Assembly: GCA_965235115.1 (NCBI GenBank)
Contig: OZ249440.1
Span: 35,094,001 to 35,158,000 of the forward strand
Reading direction: 5' to 3'
Length of the DNA stretch: 64,000 nt
From: Laetmonice hystrix
Lineage: Eukaryota
Position 1 is the first letter of the stretch. Each line of letters begins with the position of its first letter. The position numbers and the translations under genes are program-made. This document shows, in pieces, positions 46,921 to 59,206 of this stretch. The notes below the pieces were generated by a model that was not told where the DNA came from, did no database searches, and was given only the letters and a program-made list of their open reading frames with translations.

Positions 46921-48307
46921 AAGTAGACTCTACAAGAAAGCTGCCAGGGCACTAGATGCACAAACATGGTACTCACAAACATCAGCACAAAAGATAATTA
47001 AAGTTAGAAAATAGACCTATGTCAATGTACAAAGTAGTTTTTTTTAAAGTGACAGCAATGCGAGCTACATCGGTATCCCTGCCAGGGCCATAGCCTGTGG
47101 TGGTGGGGGGGGGGGGGCGGTCAGGGGGGCATCTGCCCCCCCCCCCCCGGGATTTCCAGGGTTTTTTTTTTGTTTTTTTTTTAACCCACACCCCGGGCCA
47201 GCTCAACCGGCGCAATGACGCGCTATCACTTGACTGCCCCCCCCCCCCGTATTTGGCCAGACTACGGTCCTGCCTGCCGTCATACATATCTATAGCCACC
47301 ACCAAAAGCAACAAACTATACAGAAAATGCAGCATATAGAGCTACACCTGGGAGATGACTTTGAAAGGATGCCAAGTGAACACTCTCCCACCCTCAGTAT
47401 TGAAATGATGTTCTAACTTGGTAAATGCAGAGATAGGTTTCATTCTGGGGCAGTGGCTCAATGGGCGATAATAGATGCACGAGAGCACAGTGATCCGGAG
47501 CCTGCTGAAAATGGCGGGAGCGCTACCAGGCGCTACCACATTTTCATTCAGGCTTACAATTTTCCAGTTCAGAAATGTTTAAATATTTCAAATATCTGGG
47601 TTTGTATAGGGTTTTCATGTTGTTAAATAACAGTATTTTGCGTCTAAAGTTCACCCATCTTCTACCAAGGCCAGTTCATTAAAAATACGTCGATTTTTAT
47701 AAAAAAAAATTTCTACCTTGCCATCCTCATACTTTCTCTCGCTCAGACTGAAATGAAATTGAGCCTCATTAGCCTATATCTGTGTTTAGAGGTCACATGT
47801 TGATCCGGACCCAAAACAGAGAGACAAAATGGCCGCGCCCACATGTTGACACAAACAGGCAATACAGCTCCGAGTCTGCCCACTTCAACACATGATTTCT
47901 ACCAAACAGATCACAAAATGACAGAATCATTGACTCACCTTGCAGGTATAAACCTTTTCCTTCCTGGTGGTGACAAATTTAGGTGAGGTTGGTGAAAAAA
48001 TGTAGCAGTTCATCGCAGATGAAAATCTGACATTTAACACTGTGGCAGATACGCGAGCTCACGGCAGCCATTCCTTTGACCTAGCTAATGGGCATTTAGT
48101 GGCCATCTTGGACGCCATCTTGAAAATTAGTCCTTTCCCATGGTCAGACTTGGTAGACTTTTGATATGTTATTAAGCCCACCTGATACTACGGAAAACCG
48201 TTGAGAAACCTTTTGTAGCAATTTTTTGGGGTAAGGTGGAGTTTTTTTTCTCATAAATGCAGCCATCTATTACAGAGCTTCTAATGAGGGACTTTGTTAC
48301 CGTCTTT

Positions 48308-48598
48308 TCCGCGTGGCGGCAGCACTATCAACCCGGTCCCCTTGGGCCACATTATTATGACGTTAGATAGGTCGACGAAATGCTAATCTATCGCTAGGTG
48401 CCGTAGTGCTCTTTGTTATGAAATATTATGGTACGTTTAGGAGTTCTACAACATGGTGAAGCCTATCAAGTTATTATTTTTCATAACAAATAGTCTAAAC
48501 ACATATATACTGCCACAGATTAGCATTTCATCGTACTATCTAACGTCATTCTAATGTGTAGCCAAGAGGACCGGGTGACAGTGCTGCCGCCACGCGGA
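48308..48598. mobile_element. Small foldback MITE with ~85-bp imperfect TIRs
   Basis: TCCGCGTGGCGGCAGCACT...ATGACGTTAGATAG...AAATGCTAATCT is mirrored by AGATTAGCATTT...CTATCTAACGTCAT...AGTGCTGCCGCCACGCGGA. Confidence 0.8.
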
Positions 48599-49498
48599 TA
48601 TGACTGGAAATGTGCCGTTGCGCATGCGTCTCAAGGAGTGTGAAGTCCCTCATTCTGAAACCCCTCCCCTGCTGAAAATCCTGAAGACGTGCCTGAATTG
48701 GTATGCATGAAGGCCCCAGGCCCAGCACGTCCCCCCCCCCCCCCCCGCGACCCCTAGAAGTAAGCCGATCCCTGTTCTCAGTTCAGGCCCTCTTTTCCAT
48801 AAGCTGGTTCTCGGCTCACTCGCTAGGGGGCTCTGGGGTCGACGCGAGTAGGAGCCGGTAACGCCTGCTGAGAGCTTGGCTGTCATTGGTCACACTCCCG
48901 TCTTTGATAGCTCACTTATTATTGGCTTATCTAAAAATACATTGAGGATGTGCCGCTGTGATGGCCGCGCTGGCCGCTCACACGATTTCTTCTACCAAAT
49001 TTAGAACTTCTATCATTGTCACTGTCCAGTGACATTTGGTGAAAAAGTAAATCGACTGTTAACTTTGAAATTCGCCGTAAGTAGCTATTGTAAAGATTTC
49101 AACTGCGTGATAAATTACTTGACTGTCTTGAGGCAAAAGCAAACTGATGTTGTCTTCGACTTCGCCAGTGAGCGTCGGTACCGCTCCATGCCATATGGAC
49201 TTGGCCGGGGTCCTCAGTGGGGTCTCCCGGGCACTTCGCCCGTGAACACGCGTGTTAGGACATTGCCTAGACCTCACAGGTGTTTGTAGAAAGTGTACCA
49301 GAGATTAAAAACCATGTTTCTAGTTTCTATCCCGGAAATACGTCAACCACTCTCAGACCCCCCACGATGTACGGCCAGAGCGTACAAAGATGGCAGGCGT
49401 CACCGGCTCCTACTGCCAGCGACGGACAAATAGTCGGTCCGAAGTCCTTCCTTCCTGTAGTATCAGGGACATTTCAGCAGGAAACAAGCTCAAATTAC

Positions 49499-49903
49499 GG
49501 ACTACATGACTGGGGGCGGGGTGTGGGTGGGACTACATGACTGGGGGTGTGGGTTAGTGAAGTGTGGGTGGGGCTGCATGACTGGGGGTGGGGGTTAGTG
49601 GGGTGTGGGTGGGACTACATGACTGGGGGTAGGGGTTAGTGGGGTGTGGGTGGGGCTACATGACTGGGGGTGGGGGTTAGTGGGGTGTGGGTGGGACTAC
49701 ATGACTGGGGGCGGGGGTTAGTGGGGTGTGGTTGGGGCTACATGACTGGGGGTGGGGGTTAGTGGGGTGTGGGTGGGACTAAATGACGGGGGGTGGGGGT
49801 TAGTGGGGTGTGGGTGGGACTACATGACTGGGGGTGGGGGTTAGGGGGTGTGGGTGGGGCTACATGACTGGGGGTGGGGGGTTAGTGGGGTGTGGGTGGG
49901 ACT
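49499..49903 (+). repeat. G-rich minisatellite, ~41-bp unit x ~10
   Basis: Unit GGACTACATGACTGGGGGTGGGGGTTAGTGGGGTGTGGGTG. Confidence 0.95.
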
Positions 49904-50922
49904 ATTTGTGCCATTTGTGGCCTTGACCTTGACATTTGACCTTGACTTTAATGTCGAATCACAAGACGTATGCCACAATTGGATTGCCTGCCTCTATATT
50001 GTAAGGAAACACTCCATTAAATGTGATTTTAGGCCAACTGTCCTGGAAACCCCAGTTTTTTTGCCATTTTTGGCCTTGACCTTGATATTTGACCTTGATC
50101 TTGACCTTGAATCACAAAACAAATGTCACAAATGGATTCCCCGTGTTGATATTGTATGGAAAAGTGCTATTACATATGATTCTAGGCCAAATGGTTTTCA
50201 AGTTACCTGAGCTTATGACGATTTGTTATTAATTATGCTAATTTATGCAAATTAGCTTATAAAAAAAATTCCTCAACAGCCAACTTCGGCCAACAAAGCT
50301 GAAAATCTTCACAGAGCCTATGTGGACACAAATCAATCATAATCTCTTGCGGGTCTAAAAATTTCCGGGTTACCTGGGTTGGCTACCCGACTATTCCCCT
50401 ACCCTGTAATTGGCCGTGTGAAATGTGCATGTCCACTTCGACTTTGATCTGCTCTAGTGCCTTCACCCACCAACAGTTTTCGTGCAGACAAGCAGATTCT
50501 GGAATGGCATATCACAGGGTATCTAAAAATGGTAGTCTGCAAAAATCCCCCGGGGGGGGAGGGTTTCAACCCTTGGCCCATGGACTATAAGTATTTATAG
50601 GTCCTTTCAAGCTGTAGCTGTCTGTTATTTATTGATATTTCCGAGTGTGGGGTTAGCTGTTTTGCTTTGCCAAAATGTGTAATCTTTGTTTTGTTTACAT
50701 TAATTGTTAGTTTATTGTTGTTACACCAGTTTACGAGGTTGTTTAAGTCTAATTGTAATAGGTGAATGTTCCGAGCTTGGTTAACGTCTGATCTAGAGGG
50801 CGGTGTCATCCGCAAATTGGTACATTTGGGAGTATTGTAGTACACTACTCATATCATTCGTGTAACAGGTAAACATCAGGGGGCCCAAAATGGATCCTTG
50901 CGGAACTCCGCAAAGGATATTT

Positions 50923-53900
50923 TAGGCCAAGAGTATTAGGTATAACCTGGAATAAATTGGTAACAAGCTGATTTTTTCTGAAAAGATGCCCAAATATGTT
51001 CTCTATCACATATTAAAAGTCCCCGAAAATCCTCTTTGTGCTAACTCGGGAATTCAAGATGGCGTCCAAGATGGCTGCCATTTCCAATAATTGGTAAGGG
51101 GATGAACACTGCATTTTATAGTGCAAATGTCTAACTTGGCATGATTGGTCCTTAGGGCAAAAGGAAAAAAAATATCCAAAGAGACAAGTTGTCTCTATGC
51201 ATAGAGGCCCCTAATTTGCATAAATTATGTTAATTAGCACCCGACGGAAGTAGATTTCTAACTTTTGAACCAATTCACTTAGAAATACGTGTGTTAGGTG
51301 GATTTCAACTAATTTGGGGGTCAGAAATCCATCTGCAGGGTTATTTTGACATTTGGCGGCCATTTTGACCCTCAAATCCAAGATGGCCGCCCGCAACCAT
51401 CTGAAATCTAGCTTACGGTACATGTTGTACATGGTTCTTACCCATGGCGATTCACTTTTGGCATAATCTCCACCCGTAAATTGACTTTTTTCAGTGTATA
51501 ATTTTTTTCCTAGGAGGTTCTAGGACAGAGGAATCGGTCACAAGAAAAAAAGAATGATTGGCCGCGCCTTCATTTGCATGAATTAAATATGGCCGCCATC
51601 TTAACACGAATTTGAGCTATTCTGGCTATATCTCAACGTCAAAATGGAATTTTACTCTTTATAAAGTACTGTTCAGGGGATAAATGACGTACACAATCTT
51701 TTTGCAGTGATACATATTCTAATTGGTCCACCCCTCATTTGCATAAATCCAATATGGCCGCCATCTTACCCATTGTAAGTCACTTTTGGCATTATCTCCA
51801 ACTGTAAATTGACGTTATTCATTATGTAAATTATTTTTAGGAGGTTCTGAGAATCGGTTCCTAGAAGAAAAAGAGTGATTGGCTCGCTCCCTCATTTGCA
51901 TAAATTAAATATAGCGCCATGTTAGCCAGAACTCGAGCTATTCTGGCTATATCTTCAAGTCAAAATGAGTTTTACTCATTAAAAAAGCTCATTTGCAATA
52001 TGTAGTCTATTTCTTGTGGCAAGAAAGTGAAGTGGTAAGCAATCTCTGTTGATATTGTTGCCAGTGAGGGCTCCCTACATGTTTTGACTGAGCTTAGACT
52101 GAAACAAACACTACAGTGAGGGCTCCCAACATGTACTGCCTGGCCTTATACTCGAGCAAACACTACAGGGACGGTTCCCTCCATGTAATGACTGGCCATT
52201 GGCTGCAGCAAACCATACAGTGAGGGTTCACTACATGTATAGAGCGGCGTCATACTCGAGCAAACACTACAGTGAGGGCCCCCAACATGGACTGTCTGGC
52301 CTTATACTCGAGCAAACACTACACTGAGGGCTCTGTACATGGATTGACTGAGCTTAGACTGAAGCAAACACTACAGTGAGGGCTCTCTACATGTATTGGC
52401 TGGCCTTAGACTGGAGCAAACAGTACAGTGAGAGCTCCCAACATGTACCGTCTGGCCTTACACTCGAGCAAACACTACAGTGAGGGCTCTGTATATGGAT
52501 TGACTGACCTTAGACTGAAGCAAACACTACATGTGCAGTGAGGGCTCTCTACATGTATTGGCTGGTCTTAGGCTGGAGCAAACACTACACTGATGGCTCC
52601 CTACATGTATTGACTGCGCTTGGGCTGGAGCAAACACTACAGTGAGAGCTCCCTCCATGGAAAGACTGGCTTAGCGCTGGGGGAAACAGTACAGTGAGGG
52701 CTCCCTACATGTTTTGAGGTTAGACTGAAGCAAACACTAAAGTGAGGGCACCTTATACTCGAGCAAACACTACAATGAGGGGTCACAACATGTACTGACT
52801 GGACTTATACTCGAGCAAACACTACAGGGAGGGTTCCCTCCATGTAATGACTGGCCATGGGCTGCAGCAAACCGTACAGTGAGGGTTCACTACATGTAGT
52901 GAGTGGCGTCATACTCGAACAAACACTACAGTGTGGGCTCCCAACATGGACCGTCCGGCCTTATACTGGAGTAAACACTACAGTGAAAGGTCACCACATC
53001 GACTGACTGGCCTTATACTCTAGCAAATACTAGAGTGAGGGCTCCCTACATGTATTGACTGCCCTAGGCCTGGAGCAAACACTACAGTGAGGGCTCCCAA
53101 CATGTACCGTCTGGCCTTATACTCGTGCAAACACTACAGTGAGGGGTCACCACATGTACTGACTGGCCTTATACTCGAGCAAAGACTAACAGTGAGCGCA
53201 AAAGGCCAGACAGTACATGTTGGGAGCCCTCACTGTAGTGTTTGCTCGAGTATAAGGCCAGTCAATACATGTAGGGAGTCCTCACTGTAGCGTTTGCTCC
53301 AGCCCAAGCGCAGTCAATACATGTAGGGAGCCATCACTGTAGTGTTTGCTCCGGTCTAAACTCAGTCAATCCATGTAGAGTAGTGTTTGCTCGAGTATGA
53401 CGCCACTCAATACATATAGGGAGCGTTCACTGTACTGCTTGCTCCAGCCGAAGGGCAGTCAATACATAGAGGCAGCCCTCACTGTAGTGTTTGCTCCAGC
53501 CCAAGGGCAGTCAATACCTGTGGGGAGCCCTCACTCTAGTGTTTGTTTCAGTCTAAGTTCAGTCAAAACATGTAGGCTAAGGGAGCCCTCATTGGTAACA
53601 ATATCAACATAGATTGCTTGCCACTTCACTTTCTTGCCACAAGAAATAGACTACATATTGCAAATGAGTTTTTTTAATGAGTAAACTCACTGAAGATTTA
53701 GCCAGAATAGCCAGATTTCTGGCCAACATTGCGGCTATATTTAATTTATGCAAATGAGGGAGCGAGCCAATCACTCTTTTTCTTCTAGTAACCGATTCCC
53801 AGAACCTCCTAAAAAATAATTTACATAATGAAAAAATTCAATTTACAGTTGGAGATAATGCCAAAAGTGAATCGCCATGGGTAAGATGGCGGCCATATTG

Positions 53901-55075
53901 GATTTATGCAAATGAGGGGTGGACCAATTAGAATATGTATCACTGCAAAAAGATTGTGTACGTCATTTATCCCCTGAACAGTACTTTATAAAGAGTAAAA
54001 TTCCATTTTGACGTTGAGATATAGCCAGAATAGCTCAAATTCGTGTTAAGATGGCGGCCATATTTAATTTATGCAAATGAGGGCGCGGCCAATCATTCTT
54101 TTTTTCTTGTAACCGATTCCTCTGTCCCAGAACCTCCTAGGAAAAAATTATATAATGCAAAAAAGTCAATTTACGGGTGGAGATAATGCCAAAAGTGAAT
54201 CGCCATGGGTAAGATGGCGGCCATATTGGATTTATGCAAATTAGAAAAAGTGCTCAAGGGTGCCAAGCTGGCATCAGGCGGATTCTCACTCAGGACGACC
54301 TTGGCACCTTAAATCCATCAAAAAATAAAAGTTATACCACATTTCCAGGTTCAGCCCTGCTGCAGGACTATATTCAATTTTCATGCGTTTGATATAGGCC
54401 TAGGCCAATCATGTTTTCTAATAGGCCCTATAGGCCTACCCAAGAGCAGCCATCTTGGATTTTACCTTAAACATGGACTCTTATTGCAAAGAAATGACAG
54501 AAATGAGTTTCCCAACCCCCAAAAATGAAAATCCATGCATAACACAAGTTTGTCCTCAATTATGAAGTACCTTTAGGCTAGATTTCTAGATGGTTGCTGG
54601 CGGCCATCTTGGATTTGAAGGTCAAAATGGCCGCCAAATGTCAAAATAACCCTGCAGATGGATTTCTGACCCCCAAATTAGTTGAAATCCACCTATCACA
54701 CGTATTTCTAAGTGAATTGGTTCAAAAGTTAGAAATCGACTTCCGTCGGGTGCTAATTTGCATAATTTATGCAAATTAGGGGCCTCTATGCATAGAGACA
54801 ACTTGTCTCTTTGGATATTTTTTTTCCTTTTGCCCTAAGGACCAATCATGCCAAGTTAGACATTTGCACTATAAAATGCAGTGTTCACCCCCTTACCAAT
54901 TGGGAATAGCAGCCATCTTGGACGCCATCTTGAATTCCCGAATTAGCACAAAGAGGATTTTCGGGGACTTTTGATATGTGACTGGGGACACTTTTGGGCA
55001 TCTTTTAACAAAAATTCAGCTTGTTACCAATTTATTCCAGGTTAGGCCTTATTTTGGGCTAATACTCTTGGACTA
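50923..55075. mobile_element. Academ-like non-autonomous foldback element (4.15 kb)
   Basis: Ends TAG(G/T)CCAAGAGTATTAG, ~490-bp inverted arms (50923-51415 vs 54578-55075), and a 4-bp TSD ATTT at 50919-22 and 55076-79. Removal restores the RT frame. Confidence 0.85.
52060..53592. repeat. 52-bp satellite that reverses orientation at ~53200
   Basis: Unit AAACACTACAGTGAGGGCTCCCAACATGTACTGNCTGGCCTTATACTCGAGC at 52-bp spacing (52106, 52158, 52262, 52314...). Reverse-complement units follow after 53200. Confidence 0.92.
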
Positions 55076-57397
55076 ATTTTGCCAGTCTGAGTATTTCCCA
55101 TTTAAAAGTACTCTCTGTTTTCTGTTACTTAAGTAACTAGCTATCCAATTTACAGTACTTTCCGTAAATCTAAAATTATGTCTTAGCTTCCTAAGAAGGA
55201 TAGTGTGGTCCACCGTGTCAAAAGCTTTGGCGAAGTCGATATAGATTACAGCGGCGCTACGATTTTCATTCATATCATTATAGACGTTATTTAAAAATTT
55301 AAAGATTGTATCTGTGGTACTATGTTTTTTCCTGAAGCCGTTTTGGACCGTTGTTATGAGGTTGTTCGATTCAATACAGTTGTAAAGTTGGTTGTGTACG
55401 ATACGTTCTAGGATCTTACCAGGTAAAGGAAGGATAGATATTGGACGTAATTCAGAAAAATGTTGCGGGTTGGGTACTTTTGGAAGGGGAGTGACAGTCG
55501 CCATTTTCCAACAGTCAGGAAAGGTCGCTGTGTCGATCGACCTATTCAGAATTTCTAAGTAATCATCAGCCCTGTCCATTAGGAGATCTTTCCATACTCG
55601 TGATGAGATTTGAGGATCGCCTGATGCCTTGTAAACTTTAATCTCCCTAATTAATTTTAGAAGTTCAGGTCGTGTGGTATGTTTTAATGATATAGGTGGC
55701 GTTAGAAGGGGTATTATATTTGTCAGCGGCGTTGAACTGCCCTTCTCAAGCTTATTAGCTAGGTTTGGGCCAATATCCTTGAAGAAATTATTTATAGCGT
55801 CAGGTAATAAGTCAGGTGATATTATTTCATCGGCATCGTCCCGTAAGGTGAGATTATTTGACTCCTTAACGGGGTTAAAAACTTCCTTGATTTGGGACCA
55901 AAATTTCCTAGGATTGCTTTTGTTCTGCTCAAGTTTCTCCCTAAGAAACATTGCCTTAGCATTTCTCACTAGCCTATTACAATAATTACGCAAGAGGGCC
56001 GCCGTTTTCTTGTCTTCTAGATTTTTTGTTTTCTTTGCTCTGGTCATCGCACGATCCCGGTCTTTCATGTATTCAATCAGTTCGTTGGACATCCATAACG
56101 GTTTCGTTTTACTGAATTTAAATATCTTCATCGGAGCTATTTCGTTTAATATGGTATTTATCTCATTATTCAGGTAACTAACAGTAGTATTAATATTTAC
56201 TTGTTCGTGAACCCAGTACTTTGGGTATCTGTATAAAACCCTCAAGAATAGTGCTTAGCCTTAGGACCAATTAGCCCCCCCCCCCCACCACCACCACCAC
56301 CACCACCCCCACCAACCCGGATCCCCGGCCTCTACACGCTACAGCCCACCTCGTGTCATGAACCGGAACGGAAGTTCTGCTAGCTAGAATTCGGATTTTA
56401 CCACAACCCTAGAGGGAATCCCCCTGGCCAGACTTCCGGCTTTAGGTGAGCGGGAGCGAGCAGCATGAATCCCAAAAGTTTTCGATTGTGCGAGAAACTC
56501 ATTCCGCGAACATGTATACGTTGAGCAAGGGGCCCAGGCGAGGCGCACTCACGAAAACCTTATTCGCCATCTTCTCGAGCAGGTAGGCCATTGACAGTGT
56601 TATTGTCAAACTCATCAGAGATTTTAATTTACAGTGGCCGTCGGCAGCGGTCGGATGCACGAAGCCCCATGGCATTGGGCGATATTAGAGAATCAAAACA
56701 AACCAAACTTGTCGCTTCGAAGTCAAGTGAGGTTGACAAAAGCTGCAAACAGACAATTAGCTAACGTTTTATTATACTGTGCGGTCAAGCCTGTCCGCCA
56801 TTGCATACATTTACACGAATGTCAACATGTTTGGGGCTGCTGTGTGTGAGGATAATTAACCACGTGGTGTTGGGCGGGTGTACCGTGCAGTGCGCCATGC
56901 GTGGCTGGCTGCACTACGATGTTTTGAGAACGCTGCGCCCCGCTCCCTGTGACGGTATGGATGTCGCACCCCTTGTGGATGCAGGCGGTTATCGGGAGGG
57001 TTTCTAGTTGTTTCGGCATTTCGTCCCAGGTTGTTTCATACCAGATAGTTACAGTACGACAACCCAAGTCATTTCGTACTACCACTAGTCACTTCGTACC
57101 ACTAGCTGTGTCCTGCACAGTGACAGTGTATACTAATGAATGTAGCCTAGAAACAGATGAACGAGATTAACTTAAACAAAGTTAAACTACAAAGTGGTAG
57201 AGGTACGGTGGCCGCATTCGCTCCCCGGACGGCCCAGTGGCAGTGGAGCGGGCCCGGTATGTGCGGTGGACCGATGGGCTCACCAGTGTCAGTGAAGGCC
57301 TGCTGCATCGATGCCCGATGCCTTGCCTGCCTATAAGCGTACTAGATCCTACTACTACATGTACTAGGGCCAGGCGGGGGCAGAATTTGAGGTTTAA

Positions 57398-57979
57398 AGG
57401 GAAATGTGAGTGTTCGACGGAATTTGATTGACCAAGAGAATTTTCAAAATATTTTTATGGGCGATAGCCTTTGTCCTTAGGAGTACAAAGAAACAAAAAA
57501 AATCATATGTCACCGAATTAGATTTTTTTATACAGGCCTCCGTAAAAAATGGGTCTTTACTATAGGTTTCAATGGGAAAAACAGGATTTTTCAGACATTT
57601 TGACTAATAGTTAAAAAATGACCACCAATTTTTTCCTGAAACTCGGTGACAAGATAAAGTGGATCAGGACTAATAGTTTAAAACAAAAAAAATTGGGGGT
57701 CACCGAATCAACAAAAAAGTTACAGCCTGACAAACAGTCAGTGCCTTGGTAAAACACGGGTCTTAACTATAGCATTCAATGGAGTAGACAGGTTCTGGCA
57801 CACAGTTTGGTTCATGGTTTTAAAAAATACTACTGATTTCCACATCAAACTAGTTGACTGCATAAATAAGCCAAACATTTTTCTGTTAAAGCTCACTACG
57901 CGGCACTTTGAATACTCACATTTCCCCAGTGGTACCAATGCGACTCACTAGGTGGCGCTTTGAACACTCACATTTCCCT
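57398..57979. mobile_element. Kolobok-type non-autonomous element (MITE)
   Basis: 18-bp TIR AGGGAAATGTGAGTGTTC with TTAA on both flanks (57394-97, 57980-83) and an extra internal TIR copy near 57910. Confidence 0.8.
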
Positions 57980-58083
57980 TTAACAAATAGAACTTCTCAA
58001 TGACAATGAAATAAAATATCAGCAACATCAAACTCAAAGTTGACTGAGTGAAGCTGAAAGACTTTTAAGTTTTATTACGATTG

Positions 58084-58325
58084 TATTCTCGTTTCCGAGG
58101 TCAGTTCTTCCGGTCCTGAGTAGCCTGACGACCGGTGAAAACAAGGGTATCAAGAAGCGTTGCCCCCCGTGACAGTTTAATTATAGGACAGTGTGATGAC
58201 CAAACCCAAGCCAGTAACACCTATATTTAGTTCCGTTGCGTTGCTAGGCTTTTGTATTCACCGGCTCTGGCCAGAGAAGATAGCAGCGCCACCTAGAAAT
58301 GCCCGGATTATCGGAAACGAGAATA
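58084..58325. mobile_element. Small MITE
   Basis: Perfect 15-bp inverted ends TATTCTCGTTTCCGA / TCGGAAACGAGAATA; the outer TA may be the TSD. Confidence 0.65.
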
Positions 58326-59206
58326 GGTAGCTCTATGCCACACCATTTCTTAGCATAATGCCTTTATTCATGTTCTATAGGTCTACATCGTTGGATTCCT
58401 CTGTGTGTTGCGATTGCAAAACTGTTCGAATTTTCTTTTTATCTTGAAAACTCAATTCACAGCAGCACTTTGAATGTAGGGGGGGGGGGAAGGTTACCTG
58501 AGAAGGAGAATTTGCTGAAAATGTGAAAAACTGACCTGAGTCAATAAGAAGTGTCTGAACAAATTATTTTCAAATGTAAGACTATAATATTTGCCTACAT
58601 GAAGTGCTGAACCAAATCATTCGGCCTAGGCCTACCTGTTAAAAGTGCCTATAATGTGTTACATTACAGTCTGAACCACTGTGAACCCCTGGACCTGGTG
58701 AGTCATGGCGGCCATATTGGGTCCAGTATCCTGTACAGACACTGAGACAGGCCCATCTTCAAAGACCGTTTTCTACTACTGTACGTTTGATTTTTCAAAC
58801 AAAATATACACATGTACATCATTCAATTCTACAATGTTTAAACAGCATTTCTAACATAAAATATTTAGCGAATATTCTTTAGCTTGAAGTTCTCACTGGT
58901 TTAAAAACAAAACTGGTGAATTTCATTCCTTGAAACCCGGCTCACAGCCGACACACGTGGATATTCAGGCCGCGTGGTATTTTGCCTATCGTCCCACCTA
59001 ATTTTTGATCTGACCTAAGGTTGGATTTATTATGTCAGGCCCCGTAATCCGACCTGTGTGAGGCCCAGGTCATGTTTCAGCCACCATGGCTCAGAGTGGT
59101 TGCGCGCCACCTGGTGGATCTTGGCATCGCTAGTATAGGTCTTGAATTGATTGCAACTATTCATCTGCTTTTAAACACTTTTTAGCCTATGATTGATCTG
59201 ACAAAT

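Larger units (their letters stand above)
50588..56200 (-). pseudogene. CR1/L2-group LINE reverse transcriptase fragment, split by the Academ-like foldback element
   Basis: 55080-56200 gives LRPISILPLPGKILE..QNGFR..YIDFAKAFDTVDH. Across the insertion it rejoins as SDWQNILCGVPQGSILGPLMF...QFADDT, then a stop and frameshift follow. Confidence 0.9.

Noticed and set aside
52060..53592. CRISPR-like look of regularly spaced AAACACTACAGTGAGGG motifs
   Set aside because: The intervening sequences are diverged copies of one another rather than unique spacers. There are no cas genes and the context is eukaryotic.
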